Source: Candidatus Marinacidobacterales bacterium
Lineage (GTDB): Bacteria > Acidobacteriota > Vicinamibacteria > Marinacidobacterales > SMYC01
Direction: 5' to 3'
DNA: 64,000 nt
NCBI GenBank assembly: GCA_965237955.1
Contig: OZ250169.1
Coordinates: 6,368,001 to 6,432,000, forward strand
Positions 41,688 through 52,833 of the stretch are shown one piece after another (positions within the stretch are counted from its first letter, which is position 1; every line of letters begins with the position of its first letter). Both the position numbers and the translations under genes were made by a program. The notes under the pieces are model-generated. The model worked only from the letters and a program-made list of their open reading frames with translations. It was not told the origin of the DNA and searched no databases.

Positions 41688-44600
41688 CTACTTCGGAACC
41701 ATCACTGGAGCCCCGCCCGCCTCGACAACGGCCGCATTGAACTGCGGCAGTTCCTCGTCGAGAATCCCCCGAAACCGCTCGAGGTACGGGTCGGCCTCTT
41801 TCTTCAGATCCTCGAACCGCTGATAGGAGCCAGCGGTGGGACGTCCATAAGTGCCGTTGACGTGCCCAAAGAGATACGCAAGCTGGTTGTCGAGCTTGGG
41901 CGGGAAGTTGAGCGGGTCATCTCCCGTCTCGTTCTTGACCTGGATCAGATCTTCTTCGATCTCGGTGAGCTGGTCCTGGATCGCTTTGGCCGACGCTTCC
42001 AGCTCTGCTTCGATGCCCGCTTTCTTCGACCGCTTTACGACGTCGTCGAGTTGGACACGAACGTCGCGCAGCGTGCGGATCGCGTCGTGCGTCTCGTTGA
42101 GTTTGTCCCGAACCGCAAGCGTGAGCCGGAAGGCCTCCTCCAGATCCGCCTCGGTGACCTCGGTGAGGCGCGGGTCCTTCAGGACCTCGAGTTCTTCGGT
42201 CTGAACGGTCTCTCCCACGGTAAGACGGACTCGATAACGTCCCGGTTTCGCCCAGAAACCGCCGGTATAGCTAATGGACATATGGGAGTCTTTCAAGAGG
42301 TGCGGTTTCGGGTAGAGCAGGTCCCACACGAAACGATTCAACCCGGCCTTCGGCTCGAGCACACGTTCTTCCGTATCGTCCGGATCCGGCTTCTCGTCGT
42401 CGTCATCGTCCGCCGGCTTGCGAAGAAACCGGCGTACCGTCTCGCCCGCGCGGTCGAGAACCTCGAGGCTGACGTTTGTTCCCGCCTCCGGTGCCTCTTC
42501 CAGGTAGTAGCGAATCAGGGCACCGGCGCCAGGGTTCCACGGCTCATCCTGCCGGTCGAAGTCTCGGAGGCTCACGCGGTACGCGGCCCGCGGAGCGAAC
42601 AGAGCCACCTTTTGATTCGACAGCTCTTCCGAGAGTTGGTGCAGGGGCGTCAGGTCGTCGAGTATCCAGAAGGAACGACCCTGTGTTGCGACGACGAGGT
42701 CCTTCTCGTGCACGCGAAGGTCTGTCACCGGTACATGTGGCAGATTGAGCTGAAGGGACTGCCAGTGCGCGCCGTCATCGAAGGAAACGAACACGCCGAA
42801 CTCGGTTCCTGCGTAGAGCAGCCCCATCCGGTCGGGATCCTCGCGCACCACGCGAACCGGATGATCCCGCGGAATCCCGTTGTCTCCGCTGGTCAGGAGC
42901 GTCCAGCTCTCCCCGTAGTCATCGGTACGAAATACGTAGGGCCGGAAGTCGTCCATCCGGTAGCGAAAAACAGAGGCGAACGCGCGGCCCGGCTGATGGG
43001 TGGAGACCTCGATGAGATTGACGGTGCCGTCCACCGGCATCCCGCCCGGCGTGATGTCCGCCCAGCTCTTTCCGGCATCCATCGAGCGATGGATGCGACC
43101 GTCGTCCGTGCCCGCCCAGAGCATGCCTGGCGAGTGCGGCGATTCCTCGAAGGCGAAAACCGTACCGTAGACCTCGACACCGCTGTGGTCGTGCTGGACC
43201 GGTCCGCCGGGAAACTCCTGCTTCTCGACATCGTTCGAGGTCAGATCGGGACTGATGGTCTCCCAGTTGATGCCGCCGTCCACCGTTCGATGAACGAAGT
43301 TCGACGTGTGGTAGACGATTGCGGGATCGTGGGGGGAAATCAGGATGGGCGCGTTCCACTGGAAACGATAGGCGAGATCCTTCGGAGCCACGCCATCTGC
43401 AAGCTGAGGGTATATAATGACGTTCTGCCGCTCGCCGGTGCTTCGATCGAAACGATCGATCTGGCCGATATAGTTGCCCGCGTAGGTCAGCTCCGGGTTT
43501 CCCGGCGTCACCGCGATGTGACCGCTCTCACCGCCCGCCACCGAGCGCCAGTGCTCGAAGGGCGTGAGCCCACCGTCACTCCACGACGGCACGCTGATGG
43601 TGGAGTTGTCCTGCTGGCCTCCGTAGAGACGGTAGGGAAAAGCCTCGTCCACGATGACGCGATAGAACTCCGCGGTCGGCTGGTTATTGAGGGTCGACCA
43701 GTTCTTTCCACCATCGAGCGTCACCGTCCCACCACCGTCGCTGGCCTCGACCATGATCTTCGGATCGTCGGGGTTGATCCACAGGTCGTGGTTATCGCCG
43801 TGCGGTGTGCGTATTCTCTCGAAGCTCTTGCCGCCGTCGATGGATTTGTAGAACCGGGTGTTCATGACGTACAGGGTGTTCTCGTCCTTTGGATCGGCCT
43901 CGACGTGCGAGTAATACCAGCCGCGAGCGCGTAGGTCGCGGTTGCCGGTAACCCGCGTCCACTTCTCGCCGCCGTTCTCCGTTCGATAAATCCCTCCGGC
44001 GTCATCCTTTGCCGTCACGAGTGCATAGACCCGATCCGGGTTCGCGGGGGAGACGGAAACACCGATGCGCCCCACCTCTCCGTCGGGCAACCCGCCCTCG
44101 AGCTTCTTCCACTCGTCGCCACCGTCGACCGAAAGATAGAGACCACTCTCCTCACTGCCATCGACGAGGGTCCAGGGCTTTCGCTCCACTCGCCACATCG
44201 CCGCGTAGACCTGGCGCGGATTCTTCGGATTCATCGAGAGGTCGACGGCGCCCGTCCGCTCGGAGACAAAAAGGACTTTGTCCCAACTCTCGCCCCCGTC
44301 GCGCGAGCGAAAGACACCGCGCTCCTCGTTCGGCCCGAAGATGTGGCCGGTCGCTGCGACGTAAACGAGGTCGGCATCGGACGGATGGATGCGGATACGA
44401 CCGATCTGCCCCGCTTCGGTGAGACCGATGTGCTCGAAGCTCCGACCCGCATCGGTCGACTTGTAGATACCTTTGCCGACGGAGACGTTCCCGCGCGGAC
44501 AGGCGGAGCCCGTACCGACGTAGACAACGTTCGGATCGGAAGGTGCTACCGCGATGGCGCCGATCGAGCCGACCGCGAAGGTCTCGTCTGAGATGTTCTC

Positions 44601-44876
44601 CCAGCTCTGCCCGGCGTTCTCCGTCTTCCATACCCCGCCACCGCTCGCACCCATGTAGAAGGTAAAGGGGGCGTTGGCTACGCCCGTCACTGTGGTCGAG
44701 CGCCCTCCGCGGGTCGGACCGATCGAACGGTACTTCATTTCCTTGTAAAGGGTCTCGTCGTAGACCACATTCTCGTCGCGCTCGTCGTCCTCGGGGACGG
44801 GGACGGCGGCACGGGCACCGACACCAACCCCGACAAGAAAGAGCGTGATTACGCTCAGTGTAATATGCCTGCTCAC
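41688..44876 (-). CDS. Secreted VPS10/BNR-repeat glycosyl hydrolase-like protein
   Basis: YRSIGPTRGGR, Asp-box repeats, YGGQQDNS. Confidence 0.93.
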   Translation of the reverse strand: MSRHITLSVITLFLVGVGVGARAAVPVPEDDERDENVVYDETLYKEMKYRSIGPTRGGRSTTVTGVANAPFTFYMGASGGGVWKTENAGQSWENISDETFAVGSIGAIAVAPSDPNVVYVGTGSACPRGNVSVGKGIYKSTDAGRSFEHIGLTEAGQIGRIRIHPSDADLVYVAATGHIFGPNEERGVFRSRDGGESWDKVLFVSERTGAVDLSMNPKNPRQVYAAMWRVERKPWTLVDGSEESGLYLSVDGGDEWKKLEGGLPDGEVGRIGVSVSPANPDRVYALVTAKDDAGGIYRTENGGEKWTRVTGNRDLRARGWYYSHVEADPKDENTLYVMNTRFYKSIDGGKSFERIRTPHGDNHDLWINPDDPKIMVEASDGGGTVTLDGGKNWSTLNNQPTAEFYRVIVDEAFPYRLYGGQQDNSTISVPSWSDGGLTPFEHWRSVAGGESGHIAVTPGNPELTYAGNYIGQIDRFDRSTGERQNVIIYPQLADGVAPKDLAYRFQWNAPILISPHDPAIVYHTSNFVHRTVDGGINWETISPDLTSNDVEKQEFPGGPVQHDHSGVEVYGTVFAFEESPHSPGMLWAGTDDGRIHRSMDAGKSWADITPGGMPVDGTVNLIEVSTHQPGRAFASVFRYRMDDFRPYVFRTDDYGESWTLLTSGDNGIPRDHPVRVVREDPDRMGLLYAGTEFGVFVSFDDGAHWQSLQLNLPHVPVTDLRVHEKDLVVATQGRSFWILDDLTPLHQLSEELSNQKVALFAPRAAYRVSLRDFDRQDEPWNPGAGALIRYYLEEAPEAGTNVSLEVLDRAGETVRRFLRKPADDDDDEKPDPDDTEERVLEPKAGLNRFVWDLLYPKPHLLKDSHMSISYTGGFWAKPGRYRVRLTVGETVQTEELEVLKDPRLTEVTEADLEEAFRLTLAVRDKLNETHDAIRTLRDVRVQLDDVVKRSKKAGIEAELEASAKAIQDQLTEIEEDLIQVKNETGDDPLNFPPKLDNQLAYLFGHVNGTYGRPTAGSYQRFEDLKKEADPYLERFRGILDEELPQFNAAVVEAGGAPVMVPK

Positions 44877-45073
44877 GGTCGATCCTCCAATCCAACGAAC
44901 CTTCAGAAATGCGGGCCTATCCTAGCAGAGGACGGGCCGAACTCCTGCCCTAGAGCATCGGCACCTGCAGTCGGATCCGGGTCGCTGGTACGTGCTAAGA
45001 GGTGACACCAGTCCGGTGTTAGGATCGACTTCGTGGACTGGCGCATCTCGCCTCGTCCATCTGGAGTAAAGCG

Positions 45074-45319
45074 ATGTATTGGATGCGACTAGGAGTAGCG
45101 CTCGGCTTGGCAATCCTTACCCCGGCCGTGACCGCCGGGGCCCTCGAAGATGCCGGGAACGGCAACTGGCCCCAGTGGCGCGGGCCTTCGGCTAACGGCG
45201 TGGCGCCCGGCGGTAACCCGCCCGTCGCATGGAGCGAGGAGAGGAACGTTCGCTTCAAGCTGGAGATTCCCGGTCGGGGCTCGAGCACCCCGATCGTGTG
45301 GGAGGACCGGATCTACTTG
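45074..45319 (+). pseudogene. PQQ-type beta-propeller protein, N-terminal fragment
   Basis: NWPQWRGPSANG, GRGSSTPIVWEDRIYL; cut by the IS91-like end. Confidence 0.85.
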
Positions 45320-46009
45320 AAGGATAGTCAATTTCAAGTCGCTCCCGCGTGCCTGCGGCGCGATTATTCGCCTAAGGATGATCTGTTCAGCCTCGTAGGC
45401 GGTGTCGAGGTTAGCAGTCGTCGATGAAGAGGCTGGCGCCGGGGGATGGAGCTTCAGATTGAGTTATGTGTTGGCGAGAAGACGAACGAGTGGCGCGGCG
45501 TGCCGGCGTCGCGGCACAAGGGAGTGGCGAAATCGGCGATTAGTGTTTTGGAGGAGCGCGGGAGTTGCGGTGTCGCTTATGCAAATGGTCGAGCAATTTT
45601 TCGAATGACTTTGTGGTCGGTAATAAAGCCGATCACACGCAGGGTCCCACCGCACTCACATTTCAAAGGATCGACTTGATAGACCCGTTTGATGAGCCGC
45701 GCCCAACTTTTTCTGAGAGCGGCGCGCTTTTTTGGCGAGAGCTCGGGTTCGGTCTTGGATTTTGAGCTGTTGTTGTCACCGAGGGAGTGAAGGGAAATGC
45801 CGTGCTTTTTCTGGAAAACCCGTGTCCTCGAAGCGTAGGCGCCAAAGTAGTGAACGCCATGTTTTCGAGGCTCTGAATCGTCCGCATTCGGGCTCCTTCG
45901 AGGGTATGAGATGTTGCGGGGCCCCTTCGAAGGTCTACCCACCGCAAAAATCTGGGTGAGGACTCGGGCGATGAACTCGAAAATGTCGAGGCTCTCGCCT
46001 TTGGGATGG
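45320..46009 (-). mobile_element. IS91-like remnant, copy 2
   Basis: Near-identical to 36156-36846. Confidence 0.85.
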
Positions 46010-46300
46010 TCTCCACGAATTTCGAAAACGCCTCTAGGATTCGAGCTTTCGGCTCCGTTCGTGTTTTTGGACAGGACGGGAAGACAAGCTGAACGAGCTC
46101 CGGGACACGTCGCGACGCCGAGCGGCTGAGCTCGGCATGGAAGAGGAGTTCGAGGCGCTCAACACGATGGTCGGTGCGTTGCTGACGTCGCAGCCCGCGA
46201 AGGAGCTCGTCAGCCCCTTGGCCAGAGCTCGCGCCGGCGGCAAGCCGTTCGATCCAGATAGACTCGAGCTGTTCCAAACCCTGATCATGCCGGGATACTG
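46010..46300 (+). pseudogene. Internal fragment of a Fic-family protein
   Basis: LNELRD...ELGMEEEFEALNTMVGALL...ARARAGGKPFDPDRLELF resembles the region preceding a Fic domain (recalled similarity). Confidence 0.5.
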
Positions 46301-46389
46301 ACGCCGGCGTGCGAGAAAGATCAAGACTGACCCGCCCGGATGAATGAATAGAAGGGACAAGCACGGTAACCCAACATCCCTCTTTTTAC

Positions 46390-46418
46390 TTGACGTTATT
46401 CTGTACATAATTTAGAAT
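46390..46418 (+). promoter_or_regulatory. Sigma70 promoter with TGTACA palindrome (TA operator)
   Basis: TTGACG-17 bp-TAGAAT; TGTACA at 46402-46407; ATG 10 nt downstream with no RBS. Confidence 0.75.
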
Positions 46419-46428
46419 AGAATAACAA

Positions 46429-46710
46429 ATGAGCTTAACCTCGAAAGACATCGTGCCCCTTACCCGTGCCCGGGCGAAGCTGACCGAGCTCGTCGACGAG
46501 GTCCACACCGAAGGCGCGGAAAAGATCATCACCAAGAACGGCGAAAGCTGCGCCGCGCTGATCGACGCCGAGCGCCTCGATCACTATCACCGGCTCGAGA
46601 GGGAGCACATTCATCTCACGTTGCTCGACGAGGTTCTCCGCGGGTTGGATGATCTCGATGAGGGTAGAACCCTGAGCCTCGCGAAGTTGAAATCGAAACA
46701 TGGCCGCTAA
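46429..46710 (+). CDS. Phd/YefM-family antitoxin
   Basis: IVPLTRARAKLTELVDEV...KIITKNG. Confidence 0.92.
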   Translation: MSLTSKDIVPLTRARAKLTELVDEVHTEGAEKIITKNGESCAALIDAERLDHYHRLEREHIHLTLLDEVLRGLDDLDEGRTLSLAKLKSKHGR

Positions 46711-47071
46711 GCGGCCGCTGTTCACTGAGAATTTTTCGTCCAACCTCGCCGACATCGAATCTTTTCTGGGCGCCGATGGCGCTGGATACTTCGCGAAGTT
46801 TTTTGATCGCTTCGTAGAGGAGGTCGTTCCGAACGCTTGTCGTTTTCTGCTGTCCGGTCGTTCCTTTCTCGAGCGCTCCATCTACACGACACAAGCGGAA
46901 CAGCTGGCGGAGAGGCTCAAGCGTCGATTGCAGGACGACGATGATATCCGGGAGCTCATCGTCGACGACTTCCTTATTCTGTATCTCGTGCGAGCCGACC
47001 GCATCGTCTTTCTCTCCATCAGGCACCATCGTCAACTGTCCCATGACCTCAAAACGTTGTGGCGTGAGTAA
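46700..47071 (+). CDS. RelE/ParE-family toxin
   Basis: Overlaps the antitoxin; IRELIVDDFLILY...LSIRHHRQL. Confidence 0.85.
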   Translation: MAAKRPLFTENFSSNLADIESFLGADGAGYFAKFFDRFVEEVVPNACRFLLSGRSFLERSIYTTQAEQLAERLKRRLQDDDDIRELIVDDFLILYLVRADRIVFLSIRHHRQLSHDLKTLWRE

Positions 47072-47136
47072 CGACTAGCTTGAAAGAAATAGGCCTGACG
47101 CCTTTTTCGCAACCCGCAAAGCTTCGATCATCCAGA

Positions 47137-47775
47137 TCAGTTTCCCACCGACGCTTGCCAGTTCAGGACGACCGTGACGGGTGTCTTAGCGTCGGCGAGC
47201 GGCATCGCGACCAGGGACCTCTGGCCGTCGCTCGTGGGTTGGTAACGGCCGTGTTCGATGACGAAGAAGCCGTACAGCAGCCGGAGCGACGCCGTCGGCA
47301 CCGTGAACAGATCCATCGCGGCGATGTCGTCCTTGTGGTTCCGCAAGAAAGCGAGCCAGCGCTTCACCTGATCGGGCTCGGCAGGGCGGCGCGGCATGTA
47401 TCGCGACACCGTCATCTCTGAGATAAGGAATCCGAGCTTCGTGAGCTCCGCGTGGATACGCGGTGCACCCCGGGCGTCTTGCGCCATCATCCGGACGAGC
47501 CGACGAATCTCGGCGTCGACGCGAGGCCGCCCCGGATGGCGCCGCTGCGAGATCTTCGCCCAGTATCGTCGGAATCGATCCCGATTCCACCGCGCGACCG
47601 TGTCGGCGTTGACGACGAGTAAGCGGCTCGCCCACCCGGGCCACGAGGCTCGAAGCGAAACCCAGAATGCTCGGTCCGTGTCCTCGAGCGGTGGCCGGGG
47701 GCGCTTCTTCTTGAGCGCCGTAACTTGCTGCCGTAAGGCAAGGTTTTCAATGACAAGACCTCGATGACGGACGTT
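47137..47775 (-). pseudogene. Integrase-core transposase fragment joined to a TolB-like C-terminal tail
   Basis: ENLALRQQ, PGRP, GAPRIHAEL, AMDLFTV; tail DGQRSLV...VTVVLNW. Confidence 0.75.
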
Positions 47776-47810
47776 GTCTACGACGAGCGATAACTTTCTC
47801 TGCTCTTCGT

Positions 47811-48899
47811 TGCCTTGGTGCACAACTCGCGATCTCGGTCCACAATTGTCCTTTACTCACGGATTCGAGGTTCCCCATGAGCATTTTCAAACGCACTCAG
47901 CGGAAGTATGTGAAGAAGGCCTATCGCGTGAGGAATTGGCGTGAATATGAGGCGGGTCTACGCAACCGTGGGAGCCTGACCGTCTGGATCTCGCTCACCG
48001 CCGGCAAGCTTGTGAACTGGGACGCGCCCCGGCCGAGGAGGAGGAAACCGGGCCGTCAACGCAAGTACTCGAACCACGCCATCGAGACGGCTGTCACCCT
48101 GGGCATGGTGTTTCATCTGTCATCTAGGCAGAGCGAAGGGATTGCTGCGATCGTTGTTCGCTCTGATGAAGCTAGACAATGATGTGCCCGATCACACCAC
48201 GATCTCGAGGCGCAAGGCGAAGCTGGGTAAGGTCCCCTTCTACCAAGACAAGCAGAAGACGCCGTTGCACATCTTGATCGACAGCAGCGGTCTCGCTGTC
48301 CACCGCCGGCCAGCTGCGCAGAGCACCAAAGAGCAGGGACTATCGCAAGCTCCATCTGTGTGTCGACGAGCAGAGTGGCGAAGTCGTCGCCGGCGAGCTG
48401 ACGAGCAAAAGAGCCCGCGATTCATCGCGGGTTGCATCGCTTGTCGGACAGATCGACAGTCCCATCTCATCGGCCAGAGCTGACACCGCATACGACGCCG
48501 GCGGCGTCTATGAGGCAATCGAGAATCACAGCGCTCATTGCTCGCCGAGGGTGCTGATACCGCCGCGCAAGGGCGCCCAGCTCGCATCGGGGCCGGCGAG
48601 CAGCCGACAGCGCAATCGCAACATTGCAGCACAAGCTCGGCTCGGCAAACGAAAGTGGCACACAGAATCGGGCTACAGCAAACGGAGCAAAGTCGAGACA
48701 ACGTTCCATCGCTACAAGGCTATCGTGGGCTCAGCGATGCGAGCGAGAGGGTTGGCGGCACAGAGAGTCGAGGCAAGGATCGGGTGCAAGATTCTCAACA
48801 CGATGACGGCGCTCGGGATGCCTGATAGCGAGATGATCGGATGATGGGAGTCGGGGCCAAGCGAGCTCTCGGCCTCTATCGGAGTTGTGCACCAAGGCA
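47811..48899 (+). mobile_element. IS5-family element type B, copy 2 (two 1 bp insertions)
   Basis: Same IRs as 25718-26804; transposase 47877-48844 frameshifted. Confidence 0.92.
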
Positions 48900-49850
48900 A
48901 CGGATCGCCGGTTCATGCTTGCCGGTTTCCGGATCGCGCATTCGCTCGCGGGTGTGAAAGTGAATTTTGTAGTTCCCGCTGCGATAGGCCATGACCCGGT
49001 GGTGGTAAAACACGTGCCGGGTTCTCGTGCTCTTGCCGCCAGAAAGCAGCACGCCGGACGCGTCACGTGAGTCGATGGCCTGGCCTTCGGCGACGGTGGC
49101 GCCGGTGAGCGTTGCGACGGTGGCGTAGACGTCCTGATTCACCACGAATTCGCCGCTTACCGCCGGTTTGATCTTTCCGGGCCAGGTGAAGATCGCCGGC
49201 ACGCGCTGGCCGCCCTCCCAGGTGGTGGACTTCTCGCCGCGCAGCGGTGTGGCCACGCCGCCGAACTCCTTGAACATGGTCCACGGGCCGTTGTCGCTGG
49301 TGAAGACGATCAGCGTCTTCTTGCTCAGGCCCGCCTCCTCGACGGCTTTGACGATTTCGCCGACGGACCAATCCAATTCGCCGATCACGTCTCCATAGAC
49401 CCCGTTCTTGCTCTTTCCCTTGAACTCCGCCGAGGCAAAAATCGGCACGTGCGGCATGTTATGCGCGAGGTAGATGAAAAACGGCCCGTCCTTGTGCTTC
49501 TTGATCAGCTTGATCGTTTCTGCCGTGTATCGCCCGATAAACTCGGATTGCGGGCAGGGGCCTTTGCTTTCCCGGTTGATGATCAGCGGGGTCTTCCAGG
49601 CTTCCTCCGGGGCGTCACGGAACGATGCGTAGTTCGACCGCGGCCCGTCCCCGTCGTTGCTGCCCCTAGTGCCGTACCAGGTGTCGAACCCCTGGTCGAG
49701 CGGGTGAGTGCCCTTGCCAATGCCCAGGTGCCATTTGCCGATCAGTGCCGTGGCGTACCCTCGCTTCTTGAGCATCTCGGCAATCGTGATCCGCTCGGCC
49801 AGCTTCCTAGAGTTGCGACCCATGAGGCCGGGGCGGTTGGGGACGTCGTA
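48900..49850 (-). pseudogene. Arylsulfatase fragment
   Basis: GYATALIGKWHLG, HNMPHVP, FTSDNGP, WEGGQRVP; N-terminal catalytic motif degraded, C-terminus cut by IS5. Confidence 0.85.
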
Positions 49851-49889
49851 TAGAAGGTACTGTCCACGCCGCGCAGTCGCGAGTACGGA

Positions 49890-50590
49890 CTAACTACCAG
49901 TGCCACGGTACGGTGCGCATCCACATGGTCGAGTCCATTTTGGGCATCGTCCACCACCACAAAGATGGCCATCTTGCTCCACAGCGAACTGCGCGATGCC
50001 GTCTCCACAATGCGCCCCAGCGCCGGCAGTCGTCGTTGCGCCCCACCGAGGCTGCGGGAGTGTAGTTACCGGGACGCGTCCCCCAACTATGATCGTCGGG
50101 CAGGGCCAGTAGCGGAAAGCGCGGCACGCGTCCCTCCTGCTCAAATTGCTTGAACTCTTGGATCCAGTCTTCCGCGCGCTCCAGATCCGTATAGTCCGAC
50201 CGGCGCACGCGTGTGTAGGTGGGATGGATGTGACCTTCCAGACTCGGAAACCGCGGCCCCGCCTTGCCGTCCCTTTCCTCCACCATTTCCCCGTAACTGC
50301 GATAGCTGATTCCAGATCTGGCACACAGATCCCAGATAAATCCTCCATCGGGCGTGTAAAGATCAGGCCTCCAGTAATTGCTCTTCCCCGCCGCCCGTAT
50401 CCGGCGGGCCAGACCTTCTCAGTGTAATCGGTGGCGTAGGCAGCCGTGGACCAGGAATGCCCATCCACGCTGACCTCGGCGTCGACGTAAAAGTTGTCCA
50501 GCAACACGAACTCCCGGGCCAGGGCGTGATGATTGGGTGTGACTTCTTCTCCAAAAAGGGTCAGGCTGGGATCACCGTTGCCGAGAGAGC
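49890..50590 (-). pseudogene. Phosphoesterase / alkaline-phosphatase-like fragment, multiply frameshifted
   Basis: LLDNFYVDAEVSVDGHSWS, LPDDH, DDAQNGLDHVDAHRT in three frames. Confidence 0.8.
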
Positions 50591-51291
50591 CAGGTCATTG
50601 GGATGGCTCCCCACTTCAATCGTCTTTCTCACCGTCTCGGCGGGCTCCACCGGAGACGTAGAGTCGGTTTTCGGTAGAATCAAAAGCTTGATCACCGAGT
50701 TTCAAACCGCCAAAAAGATCCTCGACTGCATCGGCTTGCCACCACAGCCCATTCGCCTCCCCTTTTCAACGACACGGTCTACGTTGCCTTATGAACCGTT
50801 AGCGCTACGCCGGCAAGCCGGGGCAGTGCCGCGAAACGCCACCCGTCTATTTTCCCGACCTCGTACGAGCACGCCTTGGCACCTTTCACTCCGCAGGCCA
50901 TGTCGTCCAGTCCTTTTGAACGGACGAGTCACCCCCTATAACCTTTCCCACACCCCTTGAGCACGACTTCTAGTTCGCCTGGCGGAAAAGTAATGTACTA
51001 TCTTGAACATGGACGACGACGACCGAGCCATCTTCGCAAAGTGGCTGCGAGAGCATCTGAGCTAGGACCGCGGCGAACGAATGCGGTGGTCAGCTCCACG
51101 CCTTTTGGTGTGGGCGTTTTCTCGAATGAGTCATCGGCTGGGCTTTTCCCCCCGTAAGCGACACGGCCAGGCTTGTTTTTAACCCTTTGCGGCACTATGC
51201 TCCCCCTTCCCAGAAAGGGATATATCTCAGGTGCGGGTGCTCGTTTGTCTCGGGCATTTCGCTAAGTAGCGCGAAGCGGGGTTACTGAGGG

Positions 51292-52810
51292 ATGGCGTTC
51301 GCGGTTCTCCTGACCAGCATTGCTTTCATCCTCGTTGCCATCATCGTCCTGAAGCTTCATCCCTTTCTGGCCCTCATCCTGGCGGCCATCCTGGTGGGAC
51401 TTCTGTCCCCGCGGCCCCTCCTGGAAGGCGAAGTGGAGAGTGCCCGGCGGCAGCTCGAGAAGGAGCTTCGCGAAGGGGTCGAAAGCGGGGCTCTTTCTCG
51501 GGGAAAACTTGCGGGAGCGACTCGAAGGGGTCCGCTGGCGCGTCGAGGCCGGCAAACGGGCGCCCAAGCCCATCCAGGCCTTGGAGCTCACCGCTGTCGG
51601 GTTCGGCACCACGGCGGGTAGCATTGGCATCGTCATCCTTCTGGCGGCGATCATCGGCCAGTGCCTCATGGAGAGCGGCGCCGCGGACAAGATCGTGAGG
51701 CGGTTTCTAAGTCTCCTGGGAGAGGAGCGCGCCGGCATCTCCCTCTTGTCGAGCGGGTACCTCCTTTCGATTCCCGTTTTCTTCGATACCGTCTTCTTTC
51801 TGCTGGTACCACTGGCGCGCGCCCTTCGCTTGCGGACCGGCAAGAACTACGTCCTGTACATCTGCTCCATTTGTGCCGGCGCCGCGATAACCCACTCCCT
51901 GGTGCCGCCCACTCCGGGACCCCTGGTCATGGCCGACACCCTGGGGCTCGACCTGGGTTTGGCCATCGCCGGCGGGGCCCTGTTGGGTCTTCTTCCGGCG
52001 CTTTTTGGCCTGGTTCTCTCCGGGCGCGTGAACCGCAAGCTCGAGGTCCCTTTCCGTGACGCGGCAGGGCCGTCTCGAAAAGAGCTCGAAGCCGTCGTCA
52101 GCCGGAAGGAGCAGGAGTTGCCCGGCTTCTTCGTTTCCGCCTTGCCGGTGCTCTTACCGGTGGTGCTGATTACGGGCCACAGCCTTATCGACGCCCTGGC
52201 GAAGGCAAATCTCGCCTTCGCGCCGGCGACGGCCTGGACGGGGTTTTTCGGCAACAAGAACATGGCGCTTCTCCTGGCCTCTTTCATTGCGGCCGCGGTG
52301 CTCGTTCGGGAGAAGCAACTGGGTTTGTCGGAGCTCGGAAGGCGGCTCGAGCCCGCCATTGCGAGCGCCGGCGTGATCATCCTGATCACCAGTGCGGGCG
52401 GTGCTTTCGGCCAGATGCTGTCTCGCATCGGGATCGACGAGACGCTTCGGCAAATGCCGAGCGGGGAAGGAGGCCTCAGCTTCCTCTTTCTCGCCTGGGG
52501 CATGGCGGCGGTCATGAAAATTGCCCAGGGCTCGGGTACAGTATCCATGATCACCACCTCCGCCATCATGGTGGCGATTCTTCCGGACGCTTCGGCTCTT
52601 CCCTACCACCCGATCTACATCTTTGCCGCCATCGGTTTCGGCTCGGGCTTCATCTCCTGGATGAACGACAGCGCCTTCTGGGTGGTGTGCAAGATGAGCG
52701 GCTTTACCGAGGGGGAGACGCTCCGTACTTGGACCTTCGTGGTTGGTGCAATTGGGGTGGTGGGCCTCGTCGAGGTCGTTCTTTTAGCATCGGTGCTTCC
52801 CCTCGTTTGA
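51292..52810 (+). pseudogene. GntP-family permease with frameshift near 51510
   Basis: KLHPFLAL, IPVFFDTVF, HSLVPPTPGP, AQGSGTV, WMNDSAFW. Confidence 0.88.
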
Positions 52811-52833
52811 ATAGCCCACAGGAGTCGGCAGAA

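Noticed and set aside
41583-43934. 783 aa plus-strand ORF (also 22185-24020, 33546-36110)
   Set aside because: Antisense shadows of high-GC genes with no recognisable motifs.
50600-51250. Additional IS91-like element
   Set aside because: Only a short C-terminal-like peptide (LITEFQTAKKILDCIGLPP); ends cannot be defined.
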